NCBI GenBank assembly: GCA_964036045.1
Contig: OZ038378.1
Span: 162,874,001-162,938,000, forward strand
DNA: 64,000 nt
Reading direction: 5' to 3'
From: Eutreptiella sp. 'Long Island Sound 2002'
Lineage: Eukaryota > Protista > Euglenida
Of this stretch, positions 11,744-21,960 are shown one piece after another (within the stretch, counting starts at the first letter, position 1; each line of letters begins with the position of its first letter). A program made the position numbers and the translations under genes. Below the pieces are notes generated by a model, which worked only from the letters and a program-made list of their open reading frames with translations, had not been told where the DNA came from and ran no database searches.

Positions 11744-13248
11744 CTGTGCAGTGGTTGGGTGGGATTGGGGCAGGACTTGCCCGAAACGCCGAAGGAGGGC
11801 TGTCGCATAACCTCATTTCCGCCGCAATCAGACGAAGAAACTGAGCGCCCCGGCGAAGAGGCGTGTGAAATATTGCACGGGACCTGGCCTCTGGAACATC
11901 AAGCCCCTCGGCCTTGTCCAGCCCACCTATCGTGTGGACAGGCAAGCCTTGAACACCACCAATCCTGAGGCCTAAACAGCGGCTGCAGCGAGCCCACATC
12001 AAACATATGTGTCATGCTAATGCACATGAAGTGGGCTACCAGAGTGGCACAAATTGTGGTGGGCTTCCAACATGCCCCACGTTACTTTGGTTGTGGTCAG
12101 TGCGGGAACTGGAACGAAAGAGCTCCATCACAGCACCTCACATTCTCGGTGCGACCTGACCCATACAGCCTCTCTGTCTGCAGATCCAACAAGCAGTGAG
12201 GACATATACCCTGTTCCTGTTGGGCCAAGAGCTGTGGACAAGTGCAGCTGCTGTCCCATTGCCTGGCAGCTCAGATCAATCAGTGCATGTGTGGCGGCTT
12301 CATAAGGGTATTGTGTTTTTGTACACTTTCAATTGATGGTGATGGGGCGCTGGTGTGTGGGGAGGTTGTCCCCTCTCTCTGTAACATATCAATGGCGCCC
12401 AAATATCGCTGCCGTAAAATCCAACACACACCAGGCGTTTCACACCAGGCCTCTCAACTAAAAGAATGTCACCTACTTTAAACCCATGCAGCATGAAGCT
12501 CAGCCTGAGGTAAACCAATCTTGACATCCCGAACTCCTTGGCGTCCGTTGATGTATACAAGTATCTCCTGAGGTCTGCTGAGGTCTAATCAATAGTCGTC
12601 CTGAATGTGCTGAGGCATGCCTTTGTGTAGTGGGCTCACCATAGCCAAAAAAAAAAAAGATTGAGGGGGAAAGTAAATGTCCTCCGACGAAACCCCATCT
12701 TCCACCAACTGTATCATGGCTTCCTTCCATGGTGTTTGCACCAAGTCATGTGGTGGGAATGCGGCCCCTGAGGCCACATATTGCCTGCATTGCACTCGTA
12801 TCGCTGCCCCATCAAACCCGCTATTTGGGGTCCGATGGCGGCGCCAGATTCAGCACAATGGGTTTGTGCAGCATGGAGCAGGCCCCAGTAGAACCAGCGG
12901 AAATGCAGAGTGTACAAAATCAGTCTTAAGGGTGGTATCAGTGTCAGTGGAGCATACTAACGTGGCGTTGGGTGGAATGGCGCATATGACACACGCACGC
13001 GCGCGCGCACACACACACACACACACGATTCAAGTGATAAACAGGGGTGGACAAAACGCGGCCTGATTGCACAGGAACCTCGTCAGGTGCAATGTCAAAC
13101 AAGAGACATGTCTCATGCCACTAGGCGCCTTGTTGCACTACAAAGGAAGAAGACCAGGAACGAAACCAAACTGCTAGGCAATGCCGTCCCGGTCGAATGT
13201 CACTTGGTAGCCTTTGGCAGGCACACGCACGTGCGCGCACACACACAC

Positions 13249-14677
13249 CAGGGGTCCAAGGTTCCCATACCCAATCGGCGTTTGGTTCCCAGTAGCAGGG
13301 AAAAACGGGGGAAAACGGGGAAAAACGGGGGAAAACGGGGAAAAACGGGGAAAAACGGGGGAAAACGGAGGAAAAACGGGGGAAAACGGGGGGAAAACGG
13401 GGGAAAAACGGGGAAAAACGGGGGAAATCTGGGGGGGGGGGTATTTTGGACAAGACCCACCCACCCGAATTTTACCCCCCCCACGTTTATAATTCTGTGG
13501 GGAGCATTTTTTGCAAACCAAATTGAAGCCAAGGCATAGACAAAGGCATAGACATAGCAAAAAGAAATTCATCAATATGCACGTCACCCATTGATGCTGC
13601 CGTACATGCCAACAAATGTACGGCCCCGCCGGTAGCTTCGTGTCGTTTTGTTAAAAGGTGACCGGTCTCCGGTTTGCCCCGGGGAAATCTTTTAGGCGGG
13701 CCCCGGGGTTGCCCTGTCCCTTCCCTTGTCCTCGCTGCTGCTACTTTTTTTTTTTTGGGGTTTTGTGGTTTTCTGCTTTTTTTTCTTTTTGTTCTTTTTC
13801 GGAGGTCCATGGAAGAAGAGGAGGTCGATGCAATGGCTCTATGGTTGCACAGGTGGCACCAAACCATTCATTGCAAAACTGATACGCCCAATGTGGTGTT
13901 GGTCGGTCAATGCCAATTGCTTCTCGGAGCGCGCCAGGGTGTGGTTGTCGCTGGTGATGAGGGTGTGGTAGAAGTTTGTGATGGAGATGTGTCGGAGTTG
14001 GAAGGTTGTGATGCGTTTGTGGCCTCATCATTGGGTACTGATGCATCAGTACGTGGATCCCATTGCAGCTGCAATGCAGCTGCAGCAGTTGCCATTGCGC
14101 TCGCACATGCATTTTTGTGTGCAGACCGGACACATTGGGGAGCAACCTGGGCAGGCACCCATTTTCCATCGCGTGCATTGCCCGCAAGCCCAATGGCAAC
14201 TGACGATTTGGATGATGTGCCAAGACGTGCGAGGGCCTTGGAGATGTCCGACGACGAACCCCATTTTTGTGACACCAAATGTTGTATGCGCACATACAAT
14301 ATACCTTCATGAGGATGAAAATTGGACATATCTGTGTGGAGATGAGAGCAACATAAGCAGGGGTATGCATATAAAAAATAGTGGCAGTGCAAGAGACCTG
14401 AGCAGCTTGACCCATTCATCACAGTTCCCATCCTCCCCCATTTTCCCCCGTTTTCCCCCCGTTTTCCCCCCGTTTTCCCCCCCGTTTTCCCTCGTTTTTC
14501 CCCGTTTTTCCCCGTTTTTCCCCCGTTTTTCCCCGTTTTTCCTCCATCTGTATCCCTTAACCTATGTCACAGACTTTCCTCTTTTGATCCTTTAGTAAAA
14601 AACCCTCTCCTGTATCCCACACCCAACCGGCGTTTAGTCGCCTACTGTTCCCAAATTTTGGGAACTTTGGACCCCTG
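13249..14677. mobile_element. Non-autonomous hAT-like element in a cyclase intron
   Basis: TIRs CAGGGGTCCAAGGTTCCCA / TGGGAACTTTGGACCCCTG. Inverted subterminal GGGGAAAAAC arrays (13290-13425) and GTTTTTCCCC arrays (14430-14545). Flanks ACACACAC / ACACACTA form an imperfect 8-bp TSD. Confidence 0.78.
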
Positions 14678-15437
14678 ACACACTAAGCAAAGAGCTCCCA
14701 AACCGTTAAACCCCTGCAGGCGAACGGAGCACTGGGCCGCTCAGTGACTCATCAGGCCTTCAAGAACAATGGGTACATCGTCATGAAGGCTAGGCGCGTT
14801 TCTGCAAGGAGCAGGCGCAGAAATTGTGTCCACAGGCAGAGTCAATGGAGCAGTCCAGAGCGCGAAGCATCTGTCCACCCCTGAGGACACAGACATGAAC
14901 CATCAACACACACCACACACACACACACACACACATACACACACACACACTTTGTGCGGTCGACATGAGGCACAACAGGCGATGGGCTCCAAACACTTCA
15001 TCAGGCCATACAGAACCCAGACATTGTCATGAAGCTAAGCGCATTGCTGTTGCAGGACAGTGCAGAGAGTGAAGCGAAGGAGCCCATCATTGTTTGTAAC
15101 AAATCACCCACTCAGAGGGTGCGTAGCATGTACCCACAGCACAGATTTACATGTCGTGATTGATTCGTAATCGGTCACACATGCACACACACGCACAATG
15201 AGAACCGCAAAAACTAGAACAGAGCAAGAAAAGCGGTAAAAGAAGACTCCTCAGGAGCTGCAGAGCAGCCCTACCTCAGGAGCTGCAGAGCAGCCCTAGA
15301 CGTCTTTCGGTGTGACAAATGCAGTGAAGTGCAGCGCTGAGTTTGGTTGCAGTTCTTCCCTGATCCCTGCCCTGCGCCCAAAGACTGTGCTGCAATATCA
15401 ACGGACCCTAATTCATCCACACACATGTACACAGACC

Positions 15438-15508
15438 AACACCAGCACCAGCACCACCAGCAACAGCAACAGCAACAGCAGCAGCAGCAGCAGCAGCATG
15501 AACAACAA

Positions 15509-15540
<32 letters not shown>

Positions 15541-15541
15541 A
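15438..15541. repeat. Intronic (CAG/CAA)n trinucleotide tract
   Basis: CACCAG/CAGCAA/CAG/AAC runs about 60 bp into the intron that starts at 15600. Confidence 0.93.
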
Positions 15542-15600
15542 TAAAAATACAGAACTCTGAGGATGAGGATTTCAGGATTAGAGTTGTACAGCGGGATGAC

Positions 15601-16097
15601 CTGTTGAGGACCAAGTCTGGCTAAGACGATCTCCAAAGTATTCCTTCGGTTGATGTTAGCCTCATTCACAATGTCTTTCAGTTTCACAACGTAGTCCTCC
15701 TTTAAAACCTCAAAATCGATCTTGTACACAATTCCAATCTTCCCCATGGCCATGTATGCATACCCCGCGATTACCGATGTTGGCCGGTAGTCATTGCCAA
15801 CCAAACTCCCCGTGGATCCACCCAGGGCCCCAAGCATCGGTGCCGCGGCTGTGGGATCCGAACCACACTTGCCTCCACGGCAGAGATGCTTGTATCTAAG
15901 GTCTGTCAGAAAGGTAATCCCAGAGCCAGCAACGCCGTTCTTCCAGCGGCCCATCACAATCTCATGCCCCGGCGGCATTGTGTTCTTGTTCCGCAAGTTC
16001 ACTAATTTGATGACATCTTGCTCACCCACGATGTCCCACAACGTTTCAAGCCATCCCAGGGTCTCTTCCGCATACGTCTGTACACGTTTCAGACTCC
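15601..16097 (-). CDS. Receptor adenylyl cyclase exon (Cache-like repeat)
   Basis: Encodes HEIVMGRW...ITFLTDLRYKHLC...AAAPMLGALGGSTGSLVGNDYRPTSVIAGY...GIVYKIDFEVL...LEIVLARLGPQQ. Donor CAG|GTCATC at 15600. Acceptor at 16098 or 16078. Confidence 0.85.
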
Positions 16098-16254
16098 CTA
16101 TAGCCACAGGGGTACATAAATATTGCAGGGGCTGAGACTCTTGACTAGCTGGGAGGGGTTCTACCCCCCCCCCTTCAATAGCCTTTTGTGTTTTTGCCTG
16201 GTTTTTGATTGTTTTTATACAAATTGTCAACCTTGTTGCACATCGTTTGTGTTG

Positions 16255-16400
16255 CTTCACGGGGGGGGGACCCCTCATTCTGGACCCCAACTACCCCCCA
16301 ACTAACTGTTGGCCGGAGGCCCCTTGGGGGGGGCTTGGGAGGGGCGTCGGGGGGGGGGGGGGGGCGGGGAGGGGCGGTTCCCTAGGGGGGGGGGGGGGGC
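16255..16400. repeat. G-tract repeat family C (also 17105-17160, 35800-36030, 38910-38970)
   Basis: Shared core CAACTAACTGTTGGCCGGAGGCCCCTT(G)n with TAGTTGGCGTCC or its reverse complement. Confidence 0.65.
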
Positions 16401-16493
16401 CTCCGAACAGTTGGGTACGCGGCCCAAGTGTGATCCGACAGTTCGCACCGCCCCTTCCCACAAAAGAGGTTTGCGCAGTAGTTCAACTCATGA

Positions 16494-16911
16494 GGCGGGA
16501 AGAAAATTGCTCTGCGGGGGGGGGGGGGGGGGTGACACGGAAGCCCATTTTCCCAACCCCCCCCCTCCCTCCTTGGCCGCCGTGACCGGAGGGCGGGGTT
16601 CAGGGCGGGGGTGCCCGACCTGCCGTGCCGGGGGGGGGGGGGTGGGGTCAACTCAACATCTATAGCTCAAAATGAAACCCACGTCGCGCTGATCATTTTG
16701 ACTACTCAAATGTGGGGGGGGGGGGGGGATTATTGGTGGAAAAAACTTTTTCGGGCCAAATTTTGTGTTCCTGTGCCTTTGGCGCCAACATCCGTTCTTA
16801 CACAAAACAAAAGGCCCAACACGAAACCCCATTTCTCCAACCCCCCCCCCTCCTTCGGCGGGCGTCCATGTCACCCCCCCCCCCCCCCCGCAGAGCAATT
16901 TTCAGGTTGCC
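16494..16911. mobile_element. PIF/Harbinger-like MITE, copy 1
   Basis: GGC...GCC termini. TIR core GAAAATTGCTCTGCG(G)nTGACA. 3-bp TSD TGA at 16491-93 and 16912-14. Near-identical to 31852-32274. Confidence 0.85.
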
Positions 16912-17464
16912 TGACCATCACGGACTAGGCTCAAAACCCCTAGACAAAGGGGCCCAAGGGTAGAAGCTGCAGCTGCTTGGTCCGTCCAGACCGCTAAATC
17001 TCCGTGCCGCGTCAAGTGCTCCCCCCAAGTCAAGCGCTCAGGGTAGTGCTTCTGGTGCTTGTGTACAATTGGGCGCCCATCAGCTCCTTGGGCTGGTACC
17101 TTGACAGCTAGTTGTTGGCCGGAGGCCCCTTGGGGGGGGGGGGGTAGTTGGCGTCCGGCCGGACCCCCCCCTTGGGGGGCGGCTACAACTGGTCCTGATG
17201 CGACACCCCCCCAGCTATCTGTCAAAACTGGTGGGGGTCGGCGGGAGGGTGGGGGGGGGGGGGGGGTATTGGCAGCTTGGCGGGGATGGGGGGCTGCACG
17301 CAACCCACTACTATCACATGCATACGTCAAGGGGGTGAGTGCGGGCATGGGGGTATAGAGGAATGTATGCGATAATAGCGATATCTTGTCTTTGCCAGGA
17401 AGAAAATCTTAAGGGTCTTAAGGACTAAAGGCATAGTACCCTTCTCAACTAAGCATGGGACAAA

Positions 17465-18543
17465 AAATTCAATTGCCTTTGGCAAGGCACCTCGAAGAGG
17501 GGAGAGGGACAACCTTTCTTGAGCTGCCCAGGCTGGAAAACTGCATTAGCAGGTTGTGCCCGACCCCTTGGGAGCCACCCCCACACACACACCCCAATAG
17601 GGTGAAAAACACATAAAGAGGGGCTAAAACATGCTTTACATAGGATATTTGATCATTTTGGATGGTCAAAGTATCAAAAAAATCAGTTTCGGAAATTTCC
17701 ATTTTTTTGAGCTGCCGAGGCTGGAAAACTGCATAAGCAGGTTGTGCCCTAAACCCCTTGGGACCCCCCCCCCCCCCCCCAACACCCAAATAGGGTGAAA
17801 AACACACAAAGAGGGTCTAAAACATGCTTTACATAGCATATTTCATTATTGTAAATGGTCACAATATCAAAAAAATGTTTTGCAAAAATTTTCCATTTTT
17901 GACCTGTAGAAGGTGGAAAACTGCTGAAGCAGTTTGTGCACACACCAAAGGCCATTGAACCACCTACAAACAGCAATTTTGAAGCTTTTGGGGGGCCCAT
18001 GGCTCGGGCTAGATGGGCCCACTGGCCACTACATGGGTCCCCATGGGTGCTCAAGTACCCGTATTATCACCAAATGATCACCCAAACCCATCCTAGGGGC
18101 AACGGAAGGGTTTCATGAAAAATCGAATTTCAAAAAACTTCCACGTGCCACTAAACAGCCTACCCAGCGTGAAAACGGCTAAGTCCTCACTAGCAAGGGG
18201 CCATAGGGGGGGGGGGGGGCGACTGGGGGTACCTGGAGTTGGGACAAGAAAAAAGTTCTTCAGGACCCAGGTCCAAATACACACACAGCGGCCACAATAC
18301 GCAAAGAAGCTTTGACCCCCCCTCCCAAAAAGGGGTACTCAGGTGCGGGGGGGGGGGGGGACGGGTGTCAAAATCCAAAAAAATCATTGGGGGATCATTT
18401 TTGGTCCTTAAAATGATGATTTTACAAGGGGTTAGACGTTAGAAACCATACATTGGGGCATGCTACGCAAACAACCCCCAAAAAGGGGGGTATATGACGC
18501 TCGCGCCTGCGCTTGATCTAACAACCTCTCTTCAAGGTGATTT
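17465..18543. repeat. Family A copy
   Basis: Same unit-P-Q-T order as 1-2060. 5' CACCTCGAAGAGG (17488) is an inverted match to 3' CCTCTCTTCAAGGTG (18525-18539). Confidence 0.8.
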
Positions 18544-19136
18544 GGCGCCGTTGGCGCCATGGCCCCCACACCGCTATCTTTCAAAACTCGGGGGGGGGGG
18601 GGGGGGCTGGGGGGTGTCGCATACAAGGACCGGGCCCAGCCGCCCCCCCCGGGGGACCCGCGGAGTCGCCCCCCCCCCCCCCCCCCGGTGTGCTGCTTGT
18701 TGTAGTTGCGCAGCAACAGTGCATGCTGTGCATGCTGGTGCAGGAGACAAAGAGTCCAAATACCATTGTTTGGCAGAACATTGTCTAAAACAAAAAAGCG
18801 GGGAGCAGTGGAGAGCTGGAGAGGCGGGGAAAGAGGGGGGGAGGGTGCGGTGTGCAAAGTGCAAGGTCCCCCCACATCATGCAGATGCATATCACAGACC
18901 ACAGCATGCAACACTTTCGGCAAAGTAAATAAGGAGCAAATTTCAGTGTTCTGCGGCATGCTTCAAAAGCCCCACCAACAGGCTCAAAAAACAGGTGCTG
19001 CGCTGCCGCATGCTTCAACCGCTGGTGCCTGCCTTCAAGGGCTCAATTGATCAGTGACTGAAAACCCCAACAGCCTCCCCCGCCCCTTCAGCATCACAGA
19101 TGCACACCCAAAGGTTGTATCCTTATGATACATGAC

Positions 19137-19194
19137 CTCTTGTTCAAAGAAGGTCCTTGCAGGGCTCAGTATCACAATGAAATTGATGACTGAC
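19137..19194 (-). CDS. Receptor adenylyl cyclase, tentative small exon
   Basis: Strong pyrimidine-rich acceptor tttgtacattttcatttcAG at 19195. Encodes SVINFIVILSPARTFFEQE, similar to the GLVVKVDASEV strand of the repeats. Donor uncertain. Confidence 0.35.
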
Positions 19195-19625
19195 CTGAAA
19201 TGAAAATGTACAAATGCGCCAAGGTGACAATTGGTGGCCTGGTCTGGTCCTGTCATCACACATTTAATGAATGTTGTGATGACCGCAAAGGCCTCCATTG
19301 GTTTCTTCCTGCCTTGGCTTCACTTTGCCCATGGGGGGGGGGGCTGGACCCAGTCCCACTGCAAACCCCCCATCTATCTGTCAAAATTCGGGGGGGGGGG
19401 GGGCTGTGTGCCACCCACTACTACCTTTCAAAACCCGGCGAGGGGGGGGCTTTAGGGGGGGGGGGGCACACAAGGACCGGTCGCGGCTGCACCTCTACAA
19501 CTTTGCCAGTACGGGGATGGGGATATGGATGGGGGGGGGGGGGAGAAGCAGGAAGACGAGCAGGAGGACGAGCAGGGGATAAAGATGGAGGTGGGTACTT
19601 TAGGGGTGTGATGCGGTAGCCTCAC

Positions 19626-19721
19626 CTGTTCAGCCCATCCATGTGCAGTAGAGCAAACCTCTTTCATGCAGGCAAAACCAGCAGATGCAAGTGGCACACA
19701 CTCATACTGTGGGTAATCCAA
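19626..19721 (-). CDS. Receptor adenylyl cyclase, tentative small exon (first sensor repeat)
   Basis: AG|LDYPQYECVPLASAGFACMKEVCSTAHGWAEQ|GTGAGG resembles the LKFRDQC...RAVEKCESGVARG segment of a later repeat. Phases with neighbouring exons are not fully reconciled. Confidence 0.35.
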
Positions 19722-19999
19722 CTGTTGCCAAGAAATCAAGAACGTCCCCCTTTGGCTTCACAACAGAACCAGCAGCGGCCTTTGCGGCAGCTACAATGGG
19801 GGCACCAGGTCTGCCCTGTGGCACGCTGGTTCAGGGAAGGGGTGCAAGTGTGGGTGGACAGGGAAGCCTTGGAGGCCAAACAGCTGTTTTGCACTGGCTG
19901 GGGTGCAGCTTTCAGGGTGCACAAGGGGTTCAGGTGTTTACAGGCAGCAGGGGACGGCTGTGGAGGCGTACAGGGGTAAAGGGGCAGAAGGGCACAGAC

Positions 20000-20591
20000 C
20001 TTGGTAGAACTGGTTGTGAATTGTGGTGGCCAGAACCTGCTGCCCTGACAACAGATTCGTCTGATATATCTGAATGGCAGACTTGTAGCCCGTCTCCTTC
20101 ACAACATCCCCCAACAGCGATGTGGAGAACTCCATGTTGCTTTCATACGAGGCATAATTGCTTTCATGTGCAAACAGCACGAGGGCATTCTTTATCAGTT
20201 GAGCCTTCCGCACCAGGGCCCCTTTGGTGGCCGCCACGCTGTCAACCCACATGAAGATCATACCAAGCGTAGCAACTGAAACTGCGATTACGGAGGTCAC
20301 CGATGTGATGACAATGAGGATCCGAGTAGTGGGCTTCATGGAGGAGTACGTAGACGTGTTCTTATTGAACAACTTCATCCGCACGGTGCGCCAGCATCGG
20401 GTCCATCCCGTGCTCCAAAACTGTGTACATCTCCCCTGCCACGCCTTCACACGGCCTCCTGCGGTAACGCCCTCCTGCACAGTACCCTGGGCCCCGTTGC
20501 CATACATGAGCCTCTCATACACAGCCTTGGTTTCGTCAAAACTGACCAGAAACCCTTCAAGTGCTCTTGGCAGGACCTCATCAACTGCAAC
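20000..20591 (-). CDS. Receptor adenylyl cyclase, exon 2 (second EF-hand-like motif and first TM helix)
   Basis: Acceptor ataacAG|GTT is in frame with ORF 19938-20522. Encodes VAVDEVLPRALEGFLVSFDE... and the hydrophobic segment ILIVITSVTSVIAVSVATLGMIFMW. The 3' donor (caa g|GTCTGT at 19999) is only the best candidate. Confidence 0.8.
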
Positions 20592-21298
20592 CTGTTATGA
20601 GAGTTGTTGGGGGTTCCTATGGGTTGTTCAGGATTGTGAGGGCTGGAGGGCTTGTCATGGCTGTTTGCCTCGGTGGAAGGGGGTTTGGTGGATTGGGGCG
20701 GGATGGGAGGGCCGGATCAACGGACAGATGCTGAGTGCACACGAAGCGCACATCGGTGTGGCTGTGTGGCTTTCATGTCCACTTTCTTGTTTCCTGCCAC
20801 AGAAAGTAGCAAGGGGCCCATTCCACCCAATTGCAGAGGAGGGGCCTCGAGCAGAGGGGGTCGTTTGGGGCATGATGGGATGCCCTGCGCAAGATGAACT
20901 GAGCCACCTGCCACCTCAAACAGTGCGCACGCGATGTGTGCATCGGACCGCTGCACGACCCGGCTCTCGATAGAAGGAGGCTCACTCTTCCGGGGGGGAA
21001 AGGGGGGAGGGGGGGCACGAAAGTAGAGGGGAACAGCTACTGAAGAGCCTTTGAACCCAAGCACTCAATATACTCAAAGCAGCTATTTGGCAAGTCTGTT
21101 TGCCAAGGTCTGGTCTGTCTGACCGTTGATTGCACGGGACTTTTTGGTCCTAACGGCAGCAAGACAGTTTTCAGTTTTCAGTTTTCGTACATGAAAATGT
21201 ACGTGTCACGGCTGATACCCTCAGCTCAGCCGCTTTCTTGGAGAAGGACACAGTAACCCAACCCAGTCACAACATTTCATGCAGGTCTAGTGAGGCAC

Positions 21299-21652
21299 CT
21301 CGACTTCAGCAGCGGTGATGTGGCTTTCCATGCTCATGAACAAATTCTGCAATTGTTCGATTTGGACAAACCCATCAATGGCTATGGTGTCGAATGCAGT
21401 CTGCAAAGCTTCCAAACTGAACTCCTCCTGGTTGGTCTGCATCAGGTACTCCGCCTCATCATATGCCTCCCCGCTGTCATGCGCATTCAAGGTGATCAGG
21501 GTCTCTCCTGGTTCGCCCTGGTTGTCTGGATTTTCGGCATCAGGCTGCTGCTTGGCACTGGAGCCACTTGCAGGTTCTCCGACCATTGCCTCCTCATCGG
21601 CTTCCATGATATCATCGGCCGTCATGATGGTGACTGGTTGCGTGTCAGCCAT
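21299..21652 (-). CDS. Receptor adenylyl cyclase, exon 1 (acidic N-terminus, first degenerate EF-hand)
   Basis: ATG at 21652 (MADTQPV...EEFSLEALQTAFDTIAIDGFVQIEQLQNLFMSMESHITAAEVE). Length 354 bp = 118 codons. Donor GAG|GTGCCT at 21298 joins in phase 0 to the acceptor at 20592. Calmodulin-like helix-loop-helix pattern. Confidence 0.8.
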
Positions 21653-21675
21653 ATTAGTGTTGAGGCGTCACAGCA

Positions 21676-21700
21676 CTGTTGCAATAAACTCCTAACAAAC
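21676..21700 (-). promoter_or_regulatory. Splice acceptor upstream of the cyclase ATG (5'-UTR intron or trans-splice site)
   Basis: TGTGTTTGTTAG at 21692-21703, 39 nt before the ATG. A second AG lies at 21676. Upstream DNA is repeat. Confidence 0.35.
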
Positions 21701-21719
21701 ACAGGACAACCCCCATTCT

Positions 21720-21960
21720 GCACACAACCTACATGCATCCCCATTCCCCACCCTGGGCCCCAATGGCCGAAGAAGGTGAAAAACACATAGTGAAGATCCA
21801 AAAAATGCTTTACGTGGGAATTGATCATTGTGGGTGGTCACAATATCGAAAAAACCCAGTTTGGAAAGTTCGATTTTTGAGCTGCTGAGGCTCAACAATA
21901 CATGAGCAGGTTGTGTACAATTCCCTTGGGAAGCCCCCCCCAATGGCCAAATGGGCAAAT
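21720..21960. repeat. Family A 190-bp unit fragment
   Basis: GGTGAAAAACACA...ACAATATCGAAAAAA...TTTTTGAGCTG...GCAGGTTGTGTAC matches the units at 1-510. Confidence 0.7.

Noticed and set aside
11727-15556. Possible euglenid-type non-conventional intron (CTC AG|AGTTCTG...GGTTGAG|C GAT) with weakly complementary ends
   Set aside because: A conventional phase-0 GT-AG intron (11744-15600) explains the junction and gives better repeat alignment. The typical CAG(+4..6)/CTG(-8..-6) pairing is absent.
15271-15600. Poly-Cys / poly-Gln coding extension
   Set aside because: Lies beyond the splice donor; it is a translation of an intronic trinucleotide tract.
19685-20973. Plus-strand ORFs 19685-20254 and 20224-20973, and similar ORFs over 8712-9281, 9426-10061, 11198-11968 and 21290-21790
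   Set aside because: Antisense or overlap shadows of the minus-strand cyclase exons with no independent protein features.
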